A stretch of DNA of 50,775 nt, from positions 1-50,775 of the IMG/VR virus record IMGVR_UViG_3300031823_000009, one strand, 5' to 3'. Origin of the DNA: a virus (Duplodnaviria > Caudoviricetes). Below are positions 36,160-44,570 of the stretch, one piece after another. The notes below the pieces were generated by a model, which saw nothing but the letters and a program-made list of their open reading frames with translations, was not told where the DNA came from and did no database searches. Within the stretch, counting starts at the first letter, position 1, and each line of letters starts with the position of its first letter. The position numbers and the translations under genes are program-made.

Positions 36160-36623
36160 TTATTTACCTCGATTTTGCTGTTGCTGAAATCAAAGGTCGG
36201 TATTGTTTCCGTATGCGCATCTGGCGTTTCCCATTCAAGCGTAGCGGGGTCCGGCATGTGTTCTGCTTTAATGATGCCGATTACATCATTGAAACTGGAC
36301 ATGTACCGCCAGCCATTTGTTGCCGTCAGCTTTCCGCCTTGAATCATCGTTCCGGCGAATGGACGGAATATTACCCAATCGCCAATCTGTATATCCTGCT
36401 TTTTTAGGGTGTCTTCTCCGCTTTTATAGCTGAACGCGAGCGGCCCCATTCCCGCAATGCGCCCGGCCATGACGTTGTGCTGCATCATGTCGCGCGTAAT
36501 ATCTGGCGTTAGAATGCTGCCGATTTTTGACGGTGGCAGTGGAATACGTACAATGACCATGTCACGTGTCGGCTGTACGTGTTCATGCGGAATTTGGAAT
36601 GAATGAACGCCCACGCTGCTCAT
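36150..36623 (-). CDS. groES: GroES-like co-chaperonin
   Basis: QPTRDMVIVR...IGSILTPD...GRIAGMGPLAF...IGDWVIF..FAG...NDVIGII. Confidence 0.8.
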   Translation of the reverse strand: MSSVGVHSFQIPHEHVQPTRDMVIVRIPLPPSKIGSILTPDITRDMMQHNVMAGRIAGMGPLAFSYKSGEDTLKKQDIQIGDWVIFRPFAGTMIQGGKLTATNGWRYMSSFNDVIGIIKAEHMPDPATLEWETPDAHTETIPTFDFSNSKIEVNKWT

Positions 36624-36829
36624 ACTGTCTCCGTATTTCTTTTTGTGGCTTCGCAGAGGGTGTCGGCTGATGTTTGAAGTTCACCTATGCGCTTCGCTAA
36701 CTTGCGTAGCTCATTAGCTTCTAGAATTAATTGATGCGCCCGTAACTCTAGTTGAGTAGCGCACAGCAAGAGATACGCATGTCGTTTAGTGCGTTCTTTT
36801 GCGATTTCATCGTCCCTCGCATCACTCAT
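36620..36829 (-). CDS. Hypothetical protein
   Basis: ATGA-coupled on both sides. Confidence 0.6.
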   Translation of the reverse strand: MSDARDDEIAKERTKRHAYLLLCATQLELRAHQLILEANELRKLAKRIGELQTSADTLCEATKRNTETV

Positions 36830-37050
36830 ATTGTCTCCGTGCTTTGTAGTTTTTGTAAAGCGAGTTGTGACGGCAGTTCAAGGAGCACGCAAATCTCATT
36901 GAACGCTACCGCCCGGCCCTGCGATACCGGGTCCACCGGGGCTCCTGCCAAGAATGCCGCCGTCACTGTTTTGGTTCGGCGACGTAGGTAGTTGAGGAGC
37001 GCCTTGGTTTCCTGGCTGCTGAGCCATTCCGTCAATGCTAGTTCCCGCAT
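36826..37050 (-). CDS. Small protein downstream of portal
   Basis: EWLSSQETKALL...QGR; GGAGG RBS; overlaps the portal 3' end, as is common in this module. Confidence 0.6.
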   Translation of the reverse strand: MRELALTEWLSSQETKALLNYLRRRTKTVTAAFLAGAPVDPVSQGRAVAFNEICVLLELPSQLALQKLQSTETI

Positions 37051-38851
37051 TGCCCGCCTCCTGCATCATTGTCTGCACGGCTTGTTCGAGTTGCGCCATT
37101 TGTAACATGGCAATTTGGCTGTTGATCATGCCACCGCCGGCTTCAACTAAATTCTTAAGTGCTTGCGTAAGCTGTACAGCGACGGCACCTGTGACCTTTA
37201 TATTTTCAGTTTTTTGCTTCATTAACTTTATTGCAGCTTCGGCTTTTTCCTTAGGAGTAGCCTGCGGCATTGGCGGCTGTCCGATCAGCTTTTCCGGATT
37301 TGGGAGTCTCAGTGTTTTATACAGACGCATGCGTACTTCGCGCCAGTCCGTCAATTGATCTTTCATAAGTTCCATATAGATGCCGGCAAGTGCACTGCGC
37401 TGCATTTCGGTTGCAAGCTGTGGGTCTGCCGTTACTGCTATGTTGTCGGCACCAGAAACTTGTATGTTTTCGGGCAGAACGTCGTAAGCGCTGGCCATTT
37501 CGACGAATGACCGGAATTCCTGCGTCATCGATGCGACGAGACGGCGGTGCACTGCGGATTGAACTTGCGCACCGTTATCTATCACGCCGCGGGCCATGGT
37601 CGCAGTCATTGACGCAGGTGCATTTTCTAGTAGATTGATTGTTCCGGCGAGACGGTCGCCCAGCGTCATGATCTTGTCGAGAACCTGTACGGAACCGGCT
37701 GAAACCGATTTCATCGGCCATGGCGAGAACATCTTTTCGAGCGGCATCCCGTCTGTAGGTAATGAGGTAAATCGGTTGCCTTTTACTTCGATTTTGTCCG
37801 GCAAGCCAAACGAACTGCCGCCGACAACGCCGCCGTTTTCACTTTCGCTTTTAGCTGTATCGGAAATTGACGCAAGCAGCCGGTTGGCTGTGTTCTCGAC
37901 GCGGGCGAGCAACTTGCCGAATCCCATGGGTAGAAATCCGCCTTTGGGATCAGGAAGGAACTTATACGGATGGAACCGGATAACTGGATTGAAGTATAGC
38001 GTATCGTCTGTATTCACTACTGTTTTTGCAGACCATCGTGGTTCGATTTTGACGACTTCCGGAAAATCGTCACGTGATATTATGATTGTCCACGGCTCCT
38101 CAATGCCGTCGTCGTCTAGGTCTAGCCACGCATCGCAATCGTAAAACCGTTTCGGCGCCTGTGGATCGTTATCGTGAAAACCAGGTTCGTAGTCAACCCA
38201 GCGCTTGCGTTCGATCGATCGATTGATCTCGTACGGATACCGCTCGAATTGGTCCGTAATTCGCGGTGCCCGGTTGATGATACGCAGGTATTTCACATTT
38301 ACGATTACGTCCTTACATGTACGGAAAGCCGTGTGAAATATTTCGTCCTCGCGATCGAATGATCGTTTACGCCATGCCAGTCCGGTGACGGACATGTGTA
38401 CGACAAGCGGATCAGTATCAGTCACCCAATTTGGGTCATTTGTACGGAGCTGACTGGATACCCACGCCGCAACAGCTTCGCTTCCCGGTTCGGTTGCTCT
38501 TGCCAGGTCGGGCTCGCCCAGCAAAGCGTCCGTGGCGCGCGCTGAAAACTGCACAACTGCCGTCAGCGTCATTTCTGTGGCTGGCGGTCCTTCCTCATTC
38601 GAACCTTCTTGCTCGCGGTCCTGAGGCTTTGCGTCATTTTCCTGTGCGGTGACGGTGTTCAAATAACCTTCTGCCTCACTGAGCCAATCGCTCATGGATT
38701 GCTCGTCGATGCCGATCAACATGATCAATTCGTCGGCAAGTAATCGGCGTTCGTCTTTTGACAATTTTTCGGCCAAATTGCCAAATTTCTCAGGCTTATC
38801 AATATCAAACTTAATGATCGGAAGGTTACGCATAAGGCTGCTGTCATACAT
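36896..38851 (-). CDS. Portal protein
   Basis: 651 aa; D.QSMSDW, AVVQFSARA, GLAWRK, YKFLP...GFG, Q-rich C-terminal barrel. Confidence 0.85.
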   Translation of the reverse strand: MYDSSLMRNLPIIKFDIDKPEKFGNLAEKLSKDERRLLADELIMLIGIDEQSMSDWLSEAEGYLNTVTAQENDAKPQDREQEGSNEEGPPATEMTLTAVVQFSARATDALLGEPDLARATEPGSEAVAAWVSSQLRTNDPNWVTDTDPLVVHMSVTGLAWRKRSFDREDEIFHTAFRTCKDVIVNVKYLRIINRAPRITDQFERYPYEINRSIERKRWVDYEPGFHDNDPQAPKRFYDCDAWLDLDDDGIEEPWTIIISRDDFPEVVKIEPRWSAKTVVNTDDTLYFNPVIRFHPYKFLPDPKGGFLPMGFGKLLARVENTANRLLASISDTAKSESENGGVVGGSSFGLPDKIEVKGNRFTSLPTDGMPLEKMFSPWPMKSVSAGSVQVLDKIMTLGDRLAGTINLLENAPASMTATMARGVIDNGAQVQSAVHRRLVASMTQEFRSFVEMASAYDVLPENIQVSGADNIAVTADPQLATEMQRSALAGIYMELMKDQLTDWREVRMRLYKTLRLPNPEKLIGQPPMPQATPKEKAEAAIKLMKQKTENIKVTGAVAVQLTQALKNLVEAGGGMINSQIAMLQMAQLEQAVQTMMQEAGNAGTSIDGMAQQPGNQGAPQLPTSPNQNSDGGILGRSPGGPGIAGPGGSVQ

Positions 38852-38948
38852 CCCTTAAGTTGTATTACTTTGGAAGTTCTCACAATTCCTGTTAAAGCTG
38901 CACAGTGATTCGCGGTGGCTAGTCAAGGCCATCATAGAGGAGATTGAC

Positions 38949-39881
38949 GTGCAAGTCATCGATCGAAGTTTGCAGCCTTCACAATATTGGCCCGGCCTCT
39001 ATGCGTTGTTTGGTCTGGACTATGAAAGGCTGATGCCGGTCTATCCGCAATTTTTTGATTCAAAGCCCAGCGAGAAGGCTTTCGAGGAGTTCATGACGGA
39101 ACGCGCCGGCCTTGGTCTCGCCGTGCAGCAACCGGAATTGGAGCCCGTTCAGTTCGACGTGCCGAACGAAGGCTATCGGACGCAAGTCACGCATGCAAGC
39201 TATGGCCTCGCCGTGGGGATTTCACGCGAAGCGAAGGACGACAACCTATACGAAGATGTTGGTTCCCGCATGATGAAGGAACTGGCATTTTCGGCTCGGC
39301 AGACTGAGGAATACATTGCCCACGCGCCATTGCAAGTTTCCGTGGACGCCGTGAATGGCGTTCGAGCTGACGGCGTTCCGCTCGGGTCTGCGGCGCATCC
39401 AACCGCCGTCGGCGCGCAATCGAATTTGCTGGTCGCCGCAAACGTCTCTGAACTGGCCTTCGAAAATGCCGTCATTCAAATCTCGTACACACGCAATGGT
39501 CGCGGCTTTGTAATCAATGTCTTGCCTAAGCGCGTCATTCTCTCTCCGGAAAGCGGTCCGGAAACACGGCGCATCCTCGGATCGCCGTTGCAGTGGAACG
39601 CTCAGACCAACAATATTAACGTCCTGCGTGCCACCAATGCATTGCCGGAAGTGGTCGAAACGCCGTACCTCGTGGACAAGGACAATTATTTCGTCCAAAC
39701 TAGCGAGCAGGACAAGGACAACGGTCAAGGCTTTACGTTCTGGGAGCGCTCGCAGCTCGAAACCCGCGAAGACAGCAATTGGTCGAATCAAGCGTCGCTC
39801 ATCGCACTGTGGTTCCGCTGCGCCGCATCTGTCATCGACTGGCGTACCGTGTTTGTGAGCCCGGGTGCCGACAACGTTTAG
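38949..39881 (+). CDS. Major capsid protein (Mu gpT-like HK97-fold family)
   Basis: GAGGAG + GTG start; WPGLYALFGLDY, SEKAFEE, ISREAKDDNLY, ADGVPL.SAAHP, DWR..F.SPGA. Confidence 0.9.
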   Translation: MQVIDRSLQPSQYWPGLYALFGLDYERLMPVYPQFFDSKPSEKAFEEFMTERAGLGLAVQQPELEPVQFDVPNEGYRTQVTHASYGLAVGISREAKDDNLYEDVGSRMMKELAFSARQTEEYIAHAPLQVSVDAVNGVRADGVPLGSAAHPTAVGAQSNLLVAANVSELAFENAVIQISYTRNGRGFVINVLPKRVILSPESGPETRRILGSPLQWNAQTNNINVLRATNALPEVVETPYLVDKDNYFVQTSEQDKDNGQGFTFWERSQLETREDSNWSNQASLIALWFRCAASVIDWRTVFVSPGADNV

Positions 39882-39903
39882 CAATCCACAGGGTAATTAA
39901 TTC

Positions 39904-40188
39904 ATGAATAATCAATCACGTGGCATTGGTTGGGCCGTTAAGCAAATGCACGATGGCGCCAAAGTTCGCCGTACTGGTTGGAACGGAAAGGGGATGTTCC
40001 TTTTTCTTGTTCCCGGTTCGCGTTTCAAAGTTAACCGATCTCCACTTCTTGGTATTTACTCAGAAGGTACGGAAATTGACTATCACCCACACGTTGATAT
40101 GAAGACAGCGCAGGGTTACATCGTGCCGTGGCTGTGCTCACAGGCGGACTTACTGGCAACAGACTGGGAACTCGCCGACAACGTCTAA
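39904..40188 (+). CDS. tad2: DUF2829 / Thoeris anti-defence Tad2-like sponge protein
   Basis: GWAV..M..G.KVRRTGWNGKGMFLFLV...PWLCSQADLLATDW, the DUF2829 signature. Confidence 0.8.
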   Translation: MNNQSRGIGWAVKQMHDGAKVRRTGWNGKGMFLFLVPGSRFKVNRSPLLGIYSEGTEIDYHPHVDMKTAQGYIVPWLCSQADLLATDWELADNV

Positions 40189-40204
40189 TGTTTCACGTGA
40201 AACA
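40189..40204. promoter_or_regulatory. parS: parS centromere-like site (perfect consensus)
   Basis: TGTTTCACGTGAAACA, intergenic; palindrome extends over 40187-40206. Confidence 0.85.
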
Positions 40205-40212
40205 TTCGCCCC

Positions 40213-40836
40213 ATGGGTGAACCGGTTCACACTACAAAGCCTAAGTTGCGCCCTTACGAAACGTGGGGTGCGTGCTCCCGTTGCAATGCCAGAGTTCCCT
40301 ACAAAACTCTTGGGCGTGAGCGGTTAACGGGCTTGCTCGTCTGCACGCGATCGTCAGGACGCGCCGTACGGCCGTGCTTCGATCCTTGGCCGCCCGTGTA
40401 CGATTTTCAGGTGTCGCCAGATAAATCGATTGACCCGCCGCCAGAGCCCCTTCCGCTGCGCTACAATCTTGACGACATATGGGGGAGTGGACCGTCATCC
40501 GGAGCGCCCAGCGTCTTCGCTGCGGGGCCTAAGGCAGCTCCGGATGACGCCACGCGGCTTGCTGCACTTCTTTCGGCGCCGCCCTATTATTCAACGCTGG
40601 GCAAGACGGCATCGTTCACCGGCATTCAGGCGCTTGCTCAGCCTGTCGCGACAGAAGTGATGAACTTGCAAACCTTCGTGCCTTCGGATTATGATGGCAC
40701 GTTCATTCCGTCCAGCTCCGTGCGGACCGTTGTGCCTCCTTCGGAAAGTGCGGAGCTGGCCGGCGTGAACACGACGGACAAGGATGTTAACGATCCGGTA
40801 CTGTCGCCTCCGTGGGCTACGCGCGTAGGAGTGTAA
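40213..40836 (+). CDS. Hypothetical protein with N-terminal Zn-binding Cys motif
   Basis: CSRC...GLLVC...CFDP; Pro-rich tail; typical of genes downstream of this capsid type. Confidence 0.7.
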   Translation: MGEPVHTTKPKLRPYETWGACSRCNARVPYKTLGRERLTGLLVCTRSSGRAVRPCFDPWPPVYDFQVSPDKSIDPPPEPLPLRYNLDDIWGSGPSSGAPSVFAAGPKAAPDDATRLAALLSAPPYYSTLGKTASFTGIQALAQPVATEVMNLQTFVPSDYDGTFIPSSSVRTVVPPSESAELAGVNTTDKDVNDPVLSPPWATRVGV

Positions 40837-40838
40837 AG

Positions 40839-40997
40839 ATGAATAAAAAACAAAAACTTACACCGCGCAAGCTTGCTCTCATACGACGCGCTAATACTGC
40901 ATCGCAAAATAAATACAGCATTAGTGGTTCTCTGAAAAGTCGCCTCAAATTGCGGACAATTACACTTCCGAAACTGAAATTCTTGGAGCTGCCATGA
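40839..40997 (+). CDS. Small basic protein
   Basis: AGGAG RBS; MNKKQKLTPRK...ITLPKLKFLELP; ATGA overlap. Confidence 0.55.
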   Translation: MNKKQKLTPRKLALIRRANTASQNKYSISGSLKSRLKLRTITLPKLKFLELP

Positions 40998-41680
40998 CCA
41001 TCACTGCAGCCTACGTTATTACCCAAGCAATGCATCTGTTTCGCATTCTCGATCAGACTGAACAACCAACCGCTACAGACCTAGCGAACAACGTTCCAAT
41101 CCTCAATGATATACTGCGCAGTGAACAAGCGGACGGCGCTTGTCAGTACCTAATTTCTCGCGTCAAAGCTACGTTGCCACCTGGTGTTACGGGCTCCATT
41201 TACAGTTTTTCGATTGGTACCGGAAACGCGTCCTACTTGGTTCAGGTAGATGCCGTTGCTATGCGTGCACTGTGGATGAACGACATAAATAACCTCGTCA
41301 ACCGCGAAACGCGTCCGGCGCCATCCGCAGACGTTGTACGTACAACGCAAGTTGGAATTATTACTAAGTGGCATCAAGAGCGCCAAACGGACGGCTCCGT
41401 ATTAGTGACCACATGGCAGCCACCGCGTGCCGCTGCGCAGGCTCTCATAGAGTACGGTGGCCGAGTGCCATTCATCAACAATCCGGCCGGAACTGACGTC
41501 GTTACGCTGCCTCCGGAGGGCATCCACGACGCTGTGCTGCTATTAGGCCGACGTATCATGGGTTCGTACGGTAGTGCATTGTCACCTACAGACCCAATCA
41601 TTATGGATGCGAACGACGTACATGTACGGTGGAAGAACTGGGCTCGCGGCCAACAGTGGCTTCGTGCGGTGCGTTCGTGA
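40994..41680 (+). CDS. Head-to-tail adaptor (P22 gp4-like)
   Basis: TAAYVITQAM...LND...; VTLPPE; lies before the gp10-like gene. Confidence 0.65.
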   Translation: MTITAAYVITQAMHLFRILDQTEQPTATDLANNVPILNDILRSEQADGACQYLISRVKATLPPGVTGSIYSFSIGTGNASYLVQVDAVAMRALWMNDINNLVNRETRPAPSADVVRTTQVGIITKWHQERQTDGSVLVTTWQPPRAAAQALIEYGGRVPFINNPAGTDVVTLPPEGIHDAVLLLGRRIMGSYGSALSPTDPIIMDANDVHVRWKNWARGQQWLRAVRS

Positions 41681-43113
41681 GTGTTATTAACATTCTCGGT
41701 TCCTTTCTCGATCCAAACAATCTTGATCAAGGCAGCGGGAAACTTATCAACGTGCGCGTCGTGGCGCGTGCGCAAGAAGAAGGTCGGGAAGCGCAAGTGC
41801 GCTTTGTTGGCGCTCCTGGCCTCGATACGGTTTGCCGCCCTACTGCTTCGCCATGCTTGGCACTGTGCCATGCTTTGGAAACCGTATGGAGTGGACACGC
41901 AGACGGCTCGATATGGTCTGGCGTGGAGACCGGCGCACCTACGCTACAAGGTTTCGTTACACTCAATCCGACACTGCCCGTTTTGCGTTTTGCAGAAGAT
42001 CGCACGGCGCTCGTAATTGCTACGAATGCTAACACCATAGGTCCATCGTTAGCTGGTACCGGATACACCGCAACATTGTCTGGCGTTGTGAATGCGGGTT
42101 TAGATGCATCGATTAGTTTCGACCCTTCTGCAGTTGCGATTTTGGAAAATTTTACGGTTTGGGGCGGTGCAAGCAACTTTTACGCCAACCAAGATAGCAA
42201 AATGTTTAGCTCGCTTGCATTGCAGCCGGCGAACGTACCGGGTACCAATTTCGCGACAAAGGAAGCGCGAGCCGACAAACTTGTGGATTTGGCAGTATCG
42301 GGCCGCGTTCTGTGGCCGCTTGGTGCCCGATCGCTCGAACAATGGTACAATCCCGGCGGCGCTACGGATTTCGCTTTCAGCTCCTACCCGAATTCTCTTA
42401 TCTCCGTAGGACTTGCTGCGCGTTTGTCACTCGCTATAATACGTGATGCTATCATGTTCGTTGGAACGGATCGCAGAATTTGGTTATGTACGGGACAGAC
42501 TGGACAAGCAGTGTCGCCAGCGTGGATCGATTTGCTTCTTCAACAATTGTCGCTGGCACAGTTATCGACGCTGACTGCTTATGCATACGGACAAGGCGGA
42601 AGCGATTTTTACGTGCTTACACTCCCCACCCAATGGTCCTTAGAACTGGCGGCTTCATCCGGTGTTTGGTCATATCGTCAGTCGCTAGGTCGTGTGGACC
42701 ACGCTGGACGGTGTGCCACTGAGCATGACGGCGGCGTCACCTACGTTGGACTCGATACCGGCCATATCTGTACATTGGATTTGAACAGCGCATCTGAGCC
42801 CGCGGGAACGATGGCACGTCTTATCCAATCGCCATGGGTAGGCAGTCAGGAAATGCGGCAAGCGTTTGATTCTATCGACGTAGCGTCGTTCATGGGTCCT
42901 GCAGCCGGAACATTTCAGTTTGATTGGTCTGAACAATTTCCGGCTATGTGGCGTGGCGTACGTCAGATTACGCTGCCTGCGACAGGTCAGCAGCGCGCAA
43001 TCGCGCGGGTTATGGGTACGGGGCGACGACGTGTATTTCGTTTGCAGTACAGCGGTGCACATGCACCGTTTACGATTGATGAAATGTATGCACGTACATC
43101 ACCGGGTACATAA
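41677..43113 (+). CDS. Tail hub / packaged-DNA stabilisation protein (P22 gp10-like)
   Basis: GAPGL, FATKEARAD, LGARSLEQW, AYGQGGSDFYVLT, MGTGRRRVFRL. Confidence 0.8.
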   Translation: MSVINILGSFLDPNNLDQGSGKLINVRVVARAQEEGREAQVRFVGAPGLDTVCRPTASPCLALCHALETVWSGHADGSIWSGVETGAPTLQGFVTLNPTLPVLRFAEDRTALVIATNANTIGPSLAGTGYTATLSGVVNAGLDASISFDPSAVAILENFTVWGGASNFYANQDSKMFSSLALQPANVPGTNFATKEARADKLVDLAVSGRVLWPLGARSLEQWYNPGGATDFAFSSYPNSLISVGLAARLSLAIIRDAIMFVGTDRRIWLCTGQTGQAVSPAWIDLLLQQLSLAQLSTLTAYAYGQGGSDFYVLTLPTQWSLELAASSGVWSYRQSLGRVDHAGRCATEHDGGVTYVGLDTGHICTLDLNSASEPAGTMARLIQSPWVGSQEMRQAFDSIDVASFMGPAAGTFQFDWSEQFPAMWRGVRQITLPATGQQRAIARVMGTGRRRVFRLQYSGAHAPFTIDEMYARTSPGT

Positions 43114-43814
43114 TGGTACAGAAGCTCCCGCCACCGCCTAAGATTGCTAAGATCGATCCAGCGCTGAATCGCTGGTTTCTTGAATTGACGGGCCTTTTAA
43201 ACGGACAGGGTGATGCTACGCTTACGGGCGTACCAACCGCGCCCACCGCACCGCTTCTTACAAATACTAATCAGATCGCAACTACCGCATTTGTGATTCA
43301 GAACACTGCTAGTAGCCCGGCAACTGCCATACCGTTGATGGACGGCGTTGGAGCTGTTGGTGTTTCAACTAAGTACGCTCGTCAGGATCACGTTCATCCG
43401 ACCGACACGTCACGAGCTGCCTTGGCGTCGCCGATATTTACAGGCACTCCCAAAGCTCCGACGGCGGCACCGCTTACGGACAACACGCAGATAGCGACTA
43501 CCGCCTACGCGGACATTGCCGTAGCTGTGGAAACTACGCGAGCGGAGGCCGCGGAAGTACTATTGGCTCCGCTCGCATCGCCAGTGCTTACAGGCGTGCC
43601 CGCCGCACCTACTGCGGTTGCCGGGACCAACACGACTCAGCTCGCGACTACTGCCTTCGTACAGGCGCGCGGAGGAGCTTTGCACAACGGTACCGGAGCG
43701 CCTGCGGCTGGGCTAGGTGCGGTAGGAGATTGGTACGGAGACGTAGCTGGCGGCGTTGGTGCTCGTGTCTGGATCAAGACTGGAGTAGCGACGTGGACAG
43801 CATTTCCGTTTTAG
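43113..43814 (+). CDS. Tail fibre/needle protein with repeats
   Basis: Three (SP.)(L/F)TG.P.APTA...TQ.ATTA(F/Y) repeats; YARQDHVHPTD. Confidence 0.75.
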   Translation: MVQKLPPPPKIAKIDPALNRWFLELTGLLNGQGDATLTGVPTAPTAPLLTNTNQIATTAFVIQNTASSPATAIPLMDGVGAVGVSTKYARQDHVHPTDTSRAALASPIFTGTPKAPTAAPLTDNTQIATTAYADIAVAVETTRAEAAEVLLAPLASPVLTGVPAAPTAVAGTNTTQLATTAFVQARGGALHNGTGAPAAGLGAVGDWYGDVAGGVGARVWIKTGVATWTAFPF

Positions 43815-43981
43815 ATGAAGCTTTGGCTGAGTATGATCGTGCCGTAGTTTCAGCACAGAATGCACATGATTGCGCATTACAGTTAGGACAAGATTTTATT
43901 TATACAAAAACTATATTTGAGGCTGCAATAAATGCCGCACGAGCAGAGTTTAAGTCTAAAGTATCGTATTTTGGCGTATGA
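43793..43981 (+). CDS. Hypothetical protein
   Basis: GGAG + GTG start; helical, 62 aa. Confidence 0.5.
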   Translation: MDSISVLDEALAEYDRAVVSAQNAHDCALQLGQDFIYTKTIFEAAINAARAEFKSKVSYFGV

Positions 43982-43989
43982 TTTCCATT

Positions 43990-44319
43990 TTAGATAGACA
44001 CGCCCACAACTGCTTGGAATTGCAGTAACGTACGTACAAGATAGTATCGATTACCCGCAGCTTCCCACTGCTTCTGAAATTCTTTTTGATTCTCGTTTTG
44101 CATGCCTTCTTCGTCTTTCAGTTCAATGGCGATCCTGCGATCAGTGGTGAATAAAAGATAGTCTGCCACGCCGGGACGTACACCAAGACGTTTAAAATGC
44201 GTAATTGCACCAATACTGCCAAACCGCTCATTAGGAACGTGAAAAATCAGGAGCTTTTCCCAAAGGCCAGATTTTTCTAGCCATTGCTGTGCTTTCATAT
44301 GCAGTTCTTTTTCTTTCAT
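43990..44319 (-). CDS. VRR-NUC family nuclease
   Basis: FHVPNE, GVRPGVAD, IELK, Q.ENQKEF. Confidence 0.85.
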   Translation of the reverse strand: MKEKELHMKAQQWLEKSGLWEKLLIFHVPNERFGSIGAITHFKRLGVRPGVADYLLFTTDRRIAIELKDEEGMQNENQKEFQKQWEAAGNRYYLVRTLLQFQAVVGVSI

Positions 44320-44501
44320 TTTGGGGGCTCCAAGCCCAATTCGCGCATACGGCGCTCACGACTGTCGAGCCATGATTCTATAGCCGCTTGAACTTCAGAC
44401 GACCGGGTTGCCGCGTTGGCTTCGTCATTCCGAACGATGAAATCAAGCCGCTCGACGAGATCGGCGGATAAACGCAAGGAAATCATTCTTTTGTAACCCA
44501 T
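44316..44501 (-). CDS. CopG/Arc-like ribbon-helix-helix regulator
   Basis: MISLRLSADLVERLD...TRSSEVQAAIESWL. Confidence 0.75.
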   Translation of the reverse strand: MGYKRMISLRLSADLVERLDFIVRNDEANAATRSSEVQAAIESWLDSRERRMRELGLEPPK

Positions 44502-44570
44502 GGTTTTTTCGCGCGAATCGTGGTAACGTGCTCATAGCAAATTTTGTCATACACTGCAAGGGGCATCGCA

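Noticed and set aside
31596-38948. Actively invertible (phase-variable) segment
   Set aside because: No flanking inverted repeats and no serine or tyrosine recombinase recognised.
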